Assembly: GCA_020721655.1 (NCBI GenBank)
Contig: DYMG01000005.1
Span: 1-54,750, forward strand
Length of the DNA: 54,750 bases
Direction: 5' to 3'
From: Paludibacter propionicigenes
Lineage (GTDB): Bacteria; Bacteroidota; Bacteroidia; Bacteroidales; JAFGXI01
The notes under the pieces were generated by a model. That model was not told the DNA's origin, did not search any database, and was given only the letters and a program-made list of their open reading frames with translations. Position 1 is the stretch's first letter. Each line of letters opens with the position of its first letter. Below, piece by piece: positions 1-9,082 of this stretch. The translations under genes and the position numbers were made by a program.

Positions 1-192
1 TTTTTGCCTACTCTAAAAGCTTTTCGGCTTTCGCTTTGTTGAATAACTTTTTTTCTTGCAAGTTTTTGTTATTTCAGTTGCAAATCAAAAAAAAAACAGA
101 TATGCAAATATTTTTGTCTAAAATTGCTATTTAAATTGATTATAAATTATGATTAATACATTGTTTCTATTGATTAGACTATTTAATACTGT

Positions 193-2289
193 TTACTCCA
201 CTCCTATTTTATATGTAAAATCGCCTGTCATTTTAAATTTAATTTCATAATTGCTATAAATTTTCACGTGTTCATTATCTGGCTTTGTGTTAAATTTTGC
301 GGTAATTACAATTTTTTTAGTGTTCAACACTCTAAAGAATTTAGTTTTGTTTAGTGGAATATTAAGTTTTGTAATTTTTTTATCAATAACTTTATTGCTT
401 AGTAAATCTATATTGCCGGCATTTATAGTGTTTGTTTCAATAAAAATTGAGTCGGCTATATTTAGGCTATCATCTAACAAATACATTTGTACTACGGCTT
501 CTAAAGGAAATCCGTTGTAAGAAAATAGGTAAAAATTTCCGCTTTCAATTTCATTAATATTTTCGGTAATATTCATATCAATTGTGTCGGAAAGTTGTAA
601 ATTTGAAGCAATTAAGGATAGTGGAATTTCAACATCTATATTTGCTTTTACTTTAGCTCCGTAGTAAATAAAATCGGTTCCGGTTCCAACTGGTGGTGGC
701 GTTTCGGTGTAATTTGTTGCAAAATTTAGGTCGTAATAAAATTTATTTGGAATAATATTTATAAGTTCATTTGCATTAGAATTAGAGTTGTCTAAATTCA
801 TAACATTGAATGTTGGTGTAACATTAGAACTGCCTGTATTTATTGGCTTTTCGACAATAAAAGGTGTGTATTCAGTAGGAATTGAAAGTATTGAAGTTAG
901 GTTTTTATTTGTATTTTTTGCTTTTATTTCGTTAAAAAATATTCCGGCTTTTACCCCAACTTGATTTTCTACAGAAACAGAAAGCTTAACCTCATCAAAA
1001 TTTATATTTGCATTGGCAAGTTCGGTTAAAATTGCGAAATCGGTTTCGCCTTGTTGTTGCACATTTTCGTTTCCAAACCAACCTTGTGCGTAGTTTGGTA
1101 TTACTTCGGAAAAACTACTTTTTAAATAAATGCTATCGTTTAACGATAAAGCTATTAGTTGTCCGGTTGAGTCTATTGAGGCTGATAATGTGTAATTTAG
1201 CGTATTTACGGTGTCGTTATTTAAGCCACGCATATTTATTTGGTAATCAGATAGGTTTATGATGTTTGTATAAACTCCGGCATTTCCGCCATTTGCTGCC
1301 GGTATAACTCCTGCAAAAGTTAGTGGAACACTATTTTTTAAAACTTTTGGCATTTTATATTCAAAATTTATTGGCTGAGGTAGTGTGTTAAATATGTTTA
1401 TATTTATGTTTCCAGTCCTTACCTCCAATTCATTAATTTGCGTGTTATCAACATTTAATATTAATTTGTCGTTAAGTTCAATTATATTTTGGTTTGGAAA
1501 TTTTGCCAAAGCTGCCGATATTTTTATATCGTGAATGTTTATTGTTGCAGTTACCGATTTTGATGTATCGGTAATAATTATGCTATTTCCACCGGGGCTG
1601 TCTAATGTAATATCGCCATTTAAAATGCCTTCTATAGTAATGTTACTAAGCACTTTAGTAGATGTTACTGTTTCACCACTATATATTACTGGAAAAGCAT
1701 CATCAATAATAGTTTGTAAATTTCCGGCATTTTTAATTACAAACTCTAAATTTGTAATTGGTATTGGCAATTGATTTTCTATTGTAATATCTATAAAACC
1801 TTCAGAAATTGTTAGTGATTCAAAATATTCGGTAGCATCTAAAGTTAAATTATTGTATGCTTGCGTTGGTATTGCCGGAATATTTGTTGGCAATCCACTG
1901 TTTAGTCCGTTTATAATTGCGGTATAAATAGAACCACTTGGTCCGTTTTCCTCCTTGTCTTTCAAGGCAATATCGCCAAGCGAAACTCCATCAGAAACAA
2001 GAATGTCGTTAATTTTTAAATTGCTAAGTTTTGCAGTGTATTCGATAGTTGTGTCGGGAATTTTAAATATTGTATCTAAACTAAAATCGTAGAACGAATT
2101 GGTATAAACTAAAGAAACCGAATTATCTGAATTTATTAATAAAACCGTGTCGTTTACAATATTTTTAATGCTCATTGTGGTTTGTAGCAATGGCAATTCA
2201 ACATCTATATCCCAACTTGGTTTTGAGTTGTCTTTTTTACAAGAGACCAAAAAAATAATTATGAAAACTGTAACTAAAAATTGCTTCAT
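193..2289 (-). CDS. Large hypothetical lipoprotein with four internal beta-rich repeats
   Basis: 698 aa ORF; SPII signal and lipobox (MKQFLVTVFIIIFLVS-C-KKD); recurring GxIxIxIxNxLP-like motif; family not recognised with certainty. Confidence 0.7.
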   Translation of the reverse strand: MKQFLVTVFIIIFLVSCKKDNSKPSWDIDVELPLLQTTMSIKNIVNDTVLLINSDNSVSLVYTNSFYDFSLDTIFKIPDTTIEYTAKLSNLKINDILVSDGVSLGDIALKDKEENGPSGSIYTAIINGLNSGLPTNIPAIPTQAYNNLTLDATEYFESLTISEGFIDITIENQLPIPITNLEFVIKNAGNLQTIIDDAFPVIYSGETVTSTKVLSNITIEGILNGDITLDSPGGNSIIITDTSKSVTATINIHDIKISAALAKFPNQNIIELNDKLILNVDNTQINELEVRTGNININIFNTLPQPINFEYKMPKVLKNSVPLTFAGVIPAANGGNAGVYTNIINLSDYQINMRGLNNDTVNTLNYTLSASIDSTGQLIALSLNDSIYLKSSFSEVIPNYAQGWFGNENVQQQGETDFAILTELANANINFDEVKLSVSVENQVGVKAGIFFNEIKAKNTNKNLTSILSIPTEYTPFIVEKPINTGSSNVTPTFNVMNLDNSNSNANELINIIPNKFYYDLNFATNYTETPPPVGTGTDFIYYGAKVKANIDVEIPLSLIASNLQLSDTIDMNITENINEIESGNFYLFSYNGFPLEAVVQMYLLDDSLNIADSIFIETNTINAGNIDLLSNKVIDKKITKLNIPLNKTKFFRVLNTKKIVITAKFNTKPDNEHVKIYSNYEIKFKMTGDFTYKIGVE

Positions 2290-2384
2290 TCTTTATATTT
2301 TGTATAAAAGTATTTAAAATATTGATAAGAGCATTAATTTTATTTTTTTGTTGCACAGTAATAATTATTAATTTTACAAAAAAA

Positions 2385-2627
2385 ATGAATACAACACAAA
2401 TACGCGAAAACATTAATAAAATTATTGAGTCTGTTTTAAAGATTGACAAAAATTTAATTAAAGAAACCGATTCTCCGGAAACAATAAGCGAATGGAATTC
2501 TTTATCGCACGTAATTTTAATTGATAAAATTGAGAAGCTCTTTTTAATTAGTTTTAATTTCGATGAACTTATTGAAATTGAAACTGTTTTAGACTTGTAC
2601 AATATTACAGAATACAAACTAAAATAA
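2385..2627 (+). CDS. Acyl carrier protein (phosphopantetheine-binding)
   Basis: 80 aa acidic protein from ATG 2385 with EWNSLSHV, matching the W(D/N)SL phosphopantetheine attachment motif; the upstream TTG start at 2322 is less likely. Confidence 0.8.
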   Translation: MNTTQIRENINKIIESVLKIDKNLIKETDSPETISEWNSLSHVILIDKIEKLFLISFNFDELIEIETVLDLYNITEYKLK

Positions 2628-2631
2628 CAGA

Positions 2632-3699
2632 TTGAAAGACATAAGGTTATATACTAAAAGCGATTTGCAAAATTTTTCTGCACAGGTTTTACAAAATTTT
2701 GATGGAGAAATTCCAATTTCTTCATTACGTGTAAATTCCTTTTTGCACAACAAAAATATTGATGATACAGATATTGTTTTAATAGCCTATTTTAAAGACC
2801 ACAAGTTTGCCGCATATTTTGGGTTTATTCCCGATTTTTTTAGTGATGGCGAAAAATTTTACTGGAATTCGGGCTGGCGTGCCAACGAAAATATTGATAA
2901 ACGTGCGGCTAACATTGTTTTCTACAAGGCATTAAGTTTGTATGGCAACAATCTTATTTTAAACCATTTAACACCTCACACAAGAAAAGTTTTAAACTCT
3001 ACCAATATTTTTGAACAAGTAAAAGAATTGAAAGGCAAAAAGTTCTTTTTAAAATCGCCAATTAATGAAATATTGCTATCAAAAAACAAAAAATTAAAAT
3101 CAATTAGCTCAATTTTTTCATTTTCCGACAGGCTTATTAATTGGGTTTTTACCAATAACAATAATGCTAAAAATTACATTAATAAAATTGAAATTTTACC
3201 TAAAATAGATGCCGATTGTGAGCGTTTTATTAATTCAACAAAAAAGGAATTTATTAAGGATAATGTTTATAATATAAACCACGCTTTAGCATACAAATGG
3301 TTAACTAACAGTAATTTATACCAAATTGAAGCTGAAAAATATTATTTCAGTTTAATTGAGAATGTTTTTGAGAATTACATTATTAAAATTACTGATAATG
3401 AGGAGATTATTGGCGTTTTTCATATTGTAAACAGAAATTACAATTTTAAGCTATATTTTTCATATTTTAATTCCAAATTGAGCAATTCTATTGCAAAAGA
3501 TTTACGTTTGTTTTTGCAAAAAAATAATGCCAAAACTTTTTTAAGTTTCGACACTATTTTAAACTCCGAGCTTTCAAAATTTCAATTCTTGTTTACTAAA
3601 AAAACGTTGCAGTATTATACTTATTCTAAGCAAATTAGCAAACACATTAATAGCGAACAAAAATTTCAAGCCGGATTTGGCGATGTTCTCTATACCTAA
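2632..3699 (+). CDS. Hypothetical protein, possibly GNAT-fold acyltransferase
   Basis: 355 aa, TTG start 4 nt after the ACP stop; LIAYFKDHKFAAYFGFIPD...FYWNSGWRAN resembles GNAT beta-strands; fold call is tentative. Confidence 0.45.
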   Translation: MKDIRLYTKSDLQNFSAQVLQNFDGEIPISSLRVNSFLHNKNIDDTDIVLIAYFKDHKFAAYFGFIPDFFSDGEKFYWNSGWRANENIDKRAANIVFYKALSLYGNNLILNHLTPHTRKVLNSTNIFEQVKELKGKKFFLKSPINEILLSKNKKLKSISSIFSFSDRLINWVFTNNNNAKNYINKIEILPKIDADCERFINSTKKEFIKDNVYNINHALAYKWLTNSNLYQIEAEKYYFSLIENVFENYIIKITDNEEIIGVFHIVNRNYNFKLYFSYFNSKLSNSIAKDLRLFLQKNNAKTFLSFDTILNSELSKFQFLFTKKTLQYYTYSKQISKHINSEQKFQAGFGDVLYT

Positions 3700-3702
3700 A
3701 AA

Positions 3703-3927
3703 TTAATTTTTATTTACGTTTCCGTCCTTAATAACAACTGCAAAAATAAACAGTGTAATTACTGCCGAAACAAATAAAATAAACATTGAGGTTAGAGCTT
3801 TGCTCATTACATCTTCAATGTCTATAATATCCCAAACGGCTAATAATGCAACTATTGTAACAAAAATAACAAAAGATATAAGAATGTACGATGAGATTTT
3901 TTTAATCATATCAGTTTTTTTATACAT
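3703..3927 (-). CDS. Small two-TM membrane protein
   Basis: 74 aa with two hydrophobic helices separated by WDIIDIEDV; last gene of the sensor operon. Confidence 0.65.
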   Translation of the reverse strand: MYKKTDMIKKISSYILISFVIFVTIVALLAVWDIIDIEDVMSKALTSMFILFVSAVITLFIFAVVIKDGNVNKN

Positions 3928-3950
3928 TTACTAAGTTTTACAAATCTTTA

Positions 3951-4193
3951 TTACTCAAAAAGTTCTTCTTGGTTATCGAGTTCGTCGTTTAAAAATTCTT
4001 CTGCATCAGCAAGCAAATCGTCTATTTCATCTTGAAAAGCAGGCTTGGTGTCTATCCACATTATTTCTTGATCTAAGTCGAAATCTTCTACATCGAAACC
4101 GACAATAAATTTAGGTGTTTCGGTGTGTACTACGTAAATTCTATCAGGGTCAACCTGAGAATTATCTGCTAATAAAAATTTAGGAATGCTCAT
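3951..4193 (-). CDS. Small acidic hypothetical protein
   Basis: 80 aa, PKFLLADNS...YVVHTETPKFIV with a very acidic C-terminus; starts 3 nt after the sensor stop. Confidence 0.7.
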   Translation of the reverse strand: MSIPKFLLADNSQVDPDRIYVVHTETPKFIVGFDVEDFDLDQEIMWIDTKPAFQDEIDDLLADAEEFLNDELDNQEELFE

Positions 4194-4196
4194 TTT

Positions 4197-6461
4197 TTAC
4201 AATTTATTAAAGTTATTAAAATCGTTAGATATTATTATTATTTTTTCAACACCATAAGAATCGTTCTTAACAGGCATATATACCTGATGAAGAACAAATT
4301 TATTGTTGTTTATTTTTATTATCGATATTGTTTTTTCACTTTCTCCGGAAATAATATTTTCCCATCTTTGTTCATATTCTTTTTCGCTTTCGTTGGTTAA
4401 ATATAGAAGCATTTTGTTATGTTTCCCTAATACTTCTTTAGAATTCACCTTCAAATATTCTAAAAAATTATTGCTTATATATGTAATTTCGCCTTGAGTA
4501 TTGCACTCAATAATAAATTGCGATGTATTTAATGCGTTTGTAAGTGATTGAGATGCTATGGTTCTTCTTTCTACATCTTCTTGTGTTGCAATAAGTTCTT
4601 CCATATTTTGTCGCATTTCTTCTTCTTGCGAACGCATTTCTTCTGATTGCTGATTTGTTTGTTCTAATAAAAATTTTGTTTTTTCGTTGTTTTTTACCGT
4701 TAATATTGTTGATGCTATTGTAGTTGCTAATTTTTCAATAAATTCTAATTTATATTTTTCGTATTCGGTAAACGATGCTATTTCTATTACTCCTATTACG
4801 TCGTCGTCGTTCTTTATTGGCACTAAAAGCAACGCTGTTGGGTTTGAGCTACCTAAACCAGATGTTATTGTTATGTATTCTTGAGGAATATCGGTTAAAT
4901 AAATGCTTTGTTTTTCAACATAGCAGGTTCCTATTAAGCCTTCTCCTTTGGTTATTGTTTTTTCTAAATATTTTTTTCTGTCATAAGCATAAACTGCTGA
5001 AAGTGTGATTTCGTTGGAGTTATGTTCATCAACAATAAAAATTGCTCCTTGATTTGAATTTGTGTATTTAACTAAATTTTTAATTATTTCGTTATTCAAA
5101 TCTTGTATATTTTCATTGTTTTTCCTCAATATTTCTGCAAAAAACGCATAACCATGATTTGCCCATGTTCGTTTTTCTTCTTCTTTTTTGTATTCTATTT
5201 CTATATTTTTTGAATTTATTAAATGGTCTCGCATACTCACTAAAGCTTTTCCTAATATATCGTTTTCGCTTAATAAGTTAACTTCGGCACTTAATTCGTC
5301 TTCCCCAATTTTTTCGGCAAATTCTGTTTTTTCTATTAAGCTTTCTTTTAATAAATTCATTGCTTTTTGCATTTCGCCTAATTCGTCGTTTTGTTTAACA
5401 TTTAAGCTTTGCAATTTTTTCAATTCGCCCAAAGACATCATTTTAAGGGAGTTGGTAATATTTTTAATTGGTTTGGTAATTGGCAAAGTTATTAATGCTA
5501 TAAAAATTGCTAATACTACAAGACCAAAAAAGCCTATTATTAAAGTCGATATTATTGTGTTAATGGCTTCCTCCTCAAGTTTGTATTTTGGTAAGTTGTA
5601 AAGCAGAATCCAAAAGTTGTTAGAATTAGCTATTTTAATTTTCGAATAGGTTTCATAAATATCTGTTCCTCCAATATTATTAATTCTCGAATAAAAATTT
5701 GACGTTTTCAAATGATTTAGCACCTCATCTTTTGCGACAAACTCTTCGCCAATCAACTCACTATTAATATTATACAAATAATTACCTTGTTGCGATATTA
5801 ACTCAACTTTTCCGCCATCGGGTAATTTAATATTGTTTAGTAAATGCTGAACGTTACTAAGTTTTATATCAATACCAACTATTCCTATTCTCTTGTTTGT
5901 TTTTTTCATTTGAACAGAAAGGCTTGTAACCAAACATTCATCTTGTTTCTGTCTTGTAAAAGAGTATAAATAAGGCTCTAAACAAGTTTCATTGCCAGAA
6001 TTAACAATTTCGGCATACTCGGGTGTAATGCCTTTAATTTCGGTGTTTTTTATTATTTTATCGCCTACCCTTTCGGCTGCAAACAAAACTCTTTTTTGTT
6101 CTTTTATGCCATTAGCATTAGTTTGTGTATATTCCCAGCTATCCCAAATTCCATCAATATTTTTGTTATATTTAAGTACATTGTTATAGTTTTCAAGAAT
6201 TAAATCTCTGTTATTCTGACTATTATAATCAGTTATTGAATTATTTACATAAGCCAATGTTCTTATAACTGTAAAATAATTTTCTATTTTATCATTAATT
6301 TGTAAGGCATATTTTTCCGCAGTTTTATTAACATCAGACATACCAATAGTATAATAATCATTTTTGCTAACAAAACCCAAATACGCAATTGTTGTCCCAA
6401 AAACCAATATTGTAGCCGCCAAAATAAGAAGTAACAACTTAGTTCTTATTGATAATTTCAT
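4197..6461 (-). CDS. Membrane sensor: TM-Cache-TM-HAMP-GAF-coiled coil-PAS, with no kinase or MCP domain
   Basis: Two TM helices; Cache-like EPYLY/VTSLSV/GIVGIDI; HAMP (ITKPIKNI...DELGEM); GAF (GEGLIGTC, LLVPIK, VIGVIEIAS); QEEEMRQNMEEL coiled coil; C-terminal PAS. Confidence 0.8.
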   Translation of the reverse strand: MKLSIRTKLLLLILAATILVFGTTIAYLGFVSKNDYYTIGMSDVNKTAEKYALQINDKIENYFTVIRTLAYVNNSITDYNSQNNRDLILENYNNVLKYNKNIDGIWDSWEYTQTNANGIKEQKRVLFAAERVGDKIIKNTEIKGITPEYAEIVNSGNETCLEPYLYSFTRQKQDECLVTSLSVQMKKTNKRIGIVGIDIKLSNVQHLLNNIKLPDGGKVELISQQGNYLYNINSELIGEEFVAKDEVLNHLKTSNFYSRINNIGGTDIYETYSKIKIANSNNFWILLYNLPKYKLEEEAINTIISTLIIGFFGLVVLAIFIALITLPITKPIKNITNSLKMMSLGELKKLQSLNVKQNDELGEMQKAMNLLKESLIEKTEFAEKIGEDELSAEVNLLSENDILGKALVSMRDHLINSKNIEIEYKKEEEKRTWANHGYAFFAEILRKNNENIQDLNNEIIKNLVKYTNSNQGAIFIVDEHNSNEITLSAVYAYDRKKYLEKTITKGEGLIGTCYVEKQSIYLTDIPQEYITITSGLGSSNPTALLLVPIKNDDDVIGVIEIASFTEYEKYKLEFIEKLATTIASTILTVKNNEKTKFLLEQTNQQSEEMRSQEEEMRQNMEELIATQEDVERRTIASQSLTNALNTSQFIIECNTQGEITYISNNFLEYLKVNSKEVLGKHNKMLLYLTNESEKEYEQRWENIISGESEKTISIIKINNNKFVLHQVYMPVKNDSYGVEKIIIISNDFNNFNKL

Positions 6462-6580
6462 TTTTTATAATATTTATTAATTTTCAAAGTACTATAATTT
6501 TTAGGTAATATACAATTATTTAAATACTTTTTTATTTATTTTGCTGTTTAATTCATAAATAAAAAATTATACATACACAT

Positions 6581-9070
6581 ATGATTAGATTTTTCCTCTT
6601 ATTTTTATCAATATATACTTTTATATTAAATGCACAAACCGGAGAAAACTGGTTTAATTATTTACAAAATAATAGAAGTACGCCTTATAAGTCTATTGAA
6701 AAAAATTTTAACATTGACAAGCACAACATATACACAAAACATTTTGAACGCTTAAAATGGAAAAATAAAAATCTACTTAACGATGATGGTAGTGTTACAA
6801 CACAAAACGAGCTTGTAATCGCTTATAAAAAGTACAAATCATCTAAAACATCAAATAATTTTGGAAATTGGTCGCCATTAGGACCTTTTTCTTGGGTAAA
6901 CGGCGACAACGGCTACAATCCGGGAAATGGAAGAATTAATGCCATTAATGTTGACCCAAACAATAGCAATATAATTTATGCTTGTGCTTCATCAGGAGGT
7001 TTGTGGAAATCTAACGATGCGGGCACAACGTGGAACACAAACACCGACAATCTCACAATTCTTGGCACTTCAGACATTGCTATAAACCCTCAAAACTCGA
7101 ACATTCTTTATCTTGCAACTGGCGACAGAGATGGCTTAGACACTTACGGCATAGGCGTTTTAAAATCTATCGACGGGGGCTCCACTTGGCAACCAACAGG
7201 TTTGCACAGCAACATTCCAACCGAAACGTTTATTGTAAATTGCTTAGCAATAAACAATAACAATCCAAACATAATTTTTGCAGGAACATCGAGTGGACTT
7301 TTTAGAACTGAAGATGCCGGCACAACTTGGCAAGAAATTATTACTTCAGGAAATTTTAAACAAATAAAAATAAATCCACTAAACCCTAACACAGTTTTTG
7401 CTGCCGATAATAAATCGTTTTTTCGTTCATATAATTCGGGCTTAACATTCGAATGTATTACCGAAGGTTTGCCTACATCTGGGAGTAGAATTGTTTTTGA
7501 TGTTACTCCGGCAGACAGTTCTTATATATATTTAATGTATGCAAATACATCTGGCAATTTTGGTGGGGTTTACCAATCTGTTGATGGTGGTAGTAGTTTT
7601 ACAATGAAGGTTGACATAAACACCATAAACCTTCTTGGATACGACATTGATGGCTTAGACGATGCAACACAAGCTTGGTACGATTTAGCTTTAGCCGTTT
7701 CTCCATCAAACAAATTAGAAATATATACTGGAGGAATAAACATATGGAAATCGACTGACGGAGGTACAAATTGGCAAAACTCAAGCAATTGGGTTTATAC
7801 AACACCTTCAACCTATTCGCATGCCGATATTCATTCACTAAATTTTTATGGCAACACTTTATACTGTGGCTCTGACGGAGGTGCATTTTCAAAAAACGGA
7901 AACGATGTTTGGTCGAACATAAGTAACGGGCTAAACATAAGCCAAATTTATAGCTTTAGCAACTCAGAATTAAATCCAAATTTAATAACAATCGGCTGTC
8001 AAGATAATGGCTCTAACCTTTTAAATTTTAACCAATGGACTCACATTATGGGTGCCGATGGTATGAAAACAATTATTGATTATTCCGACCAAACATTAAG
8101 TTTTATTACATATCAATACGGAGCAATTCTACGGTCTGACTTTTATGGAGAGTATATAACCAATATTTTCAATCCAGATGATTATTCCGAAACTAGCGAA
8201 TGGCTTACCCCTTATGTTTTATCTCATAGCACAAAATACACAATGTACGTTGGTTGCACAAACATTTACAAAACCGAAAATGGCGGAATATCTTGGGCTA
8301 AAACCACTGATTACTCTACAATAGAGTTCGATGTTATGGCGATTGCACCAACAAACGACAATATTGTTATTGCATATAACGGTAGCGTTTTTATTCGCAC
8401 AACCGATGGAGGAATTACATGGCAACCACTAAACACTCTAATTGGAGGAGCAATAACCGACATTGAATTTTCTAATACCGACGAAAATATAGTTTACGCA
8501 TGCTTAACAAGCGGACACTCCTCACGTGTTTACAAATCTGTTGATTGCGGAACAAACTTTACACAGATAACAAAAACACTTCCAGCCTTAGGCTCTAACT
8601 GCTTAGCTTTAGAGAACAACGACGTTAATGGCATTTATTTAGGTATGGAATTCGGCGTTGTTTACACAAACGACAACTTAACCGAATGGATAGATTTTTC
8701 GGAAAACTTGCCAAATGTAAAAGTAACAGACATTCAATATCTTAGTTCTATAAATAAAGTTAGACTTGCAACTTTTGGCAGAGGTGTTTGGGAGTCTGAC
8801 ACGTTTAATAGCTCTGTAAATATAGAGAGTTCTCAACTTTTTTCAAATTTTAAAATATATCCAAATCCTGCAAAAGAAAATATTAATATTGAAGCTAATA
8901 ATTTTTCTAAAATTGTTATTTACAACTCATCTGGGGTACTAATTAAAAAATTCGCCAACACATCTAACACTATAAATTTTAGCACATCTAATTTAGTTGA
9001 AGGTTTGTATTTTGTAAAAGTGATCGCCAAAAATGGAGAATACTACACAAAGAGTTTCATCAAAAATTAA
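6581..9070 (+). CDS. BNR/Asp-box (VPS10/sortilin-like) beta-propeller protein with T9SS type A CTD
   Basis: Signal peptide; many (S/T)xDxGxTW boxes (KSNDAGTTW, KSIDGGSTW, KSTDGGTNW, RTTDGGITW); ATFGRGVW; IYPNPA...GLYFVKV...KSFIKN CTD. Confidence 0.85.
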   Translation: MIRFFLLFLSIYTFILNAQTGENWFNYLQNNRSTPYKSIEKNFNIDKHNIYTKHFERLKWKNKNLLNDDGSVTTQNELVIAYKKYKSSKTSNNFGNWSPLGPFSWVNGDNGYNPGNGRINAINVDPNNSNIIYACASSGGLWKSNDAGTTWNTNTDNLTILGTSDIAINPQNSNILYLATGDRDGLDTYGIGVLKSIDGGSTWQPTGLHSNIPTETFIVNCLAINNNNPNIIFAGTSSGLFRTEDAGTTWQEIITSGNFKQIKINPLNPNTVFAADNKSFFRSYNSGLTFECITEGLPTSGSRIVFDVTPADSSYIYLMYANTSGNFGGVYQSVDGGSSFTMKVDINTINLLGYDIDGLDDATQAWYDLALAVSPSNKLEIYTGGINIWKSTDGGTNWQNSSNWVYTTPSTYSHADIHSLNFYGNTLYCGSDGGAFSKNGNDVWSNISNGLNISQIYSFSNSELNPNLITIGCQDNGSNLLNFNQWTHIMGADGMKTIIDYSDQTLSFITYQYGAILRSDFYGEYITNIFNPDDYSETSEWLTPYVLSHSTKYTMYVGCTNIYKTENGGISWAKTTDYSTIEFDVMAIAPTNDNIVIAYNGSVFIRTTDGGITWQPLNTLIGGAITDIEFSNTDENIVYACLTSGHSSRVYKSVDCGTNFTQITKTLPALGSNCLALENNDVNGIYLGMEFGVVYTNDNLTEWIDFSENLPNVKVTDIQYLSSINKVRLATFGRGVWESDTFNSSVNIESSQLFSNFKIYPNPAKENINIEANNFSKIVIYNSSGVLIKKFANTSNTINFSTSNLVEGLYFVKVIAKNGEYYTKSFIKN

Positions 9071-9082
9071 ACAACAATAATT

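Noticed and set aside
2237-2617. 126 aa minus-strand ORF overlapping the ACP
   Set aside because: Antisense shadow of the ACP, which has a clear functional motif; Ile/Ser/Phe-rich composition typical of AT-rich reverse frames
6581-9070. Recurring GAxGGxGGxACxACxTGG-like DNA motifs as a possible repeat array or CRISPR
   Set aside because: They encode protein-level BNR/Asp-box repeats inside a CDS; no identical direct repeats with spacers and no cas genes
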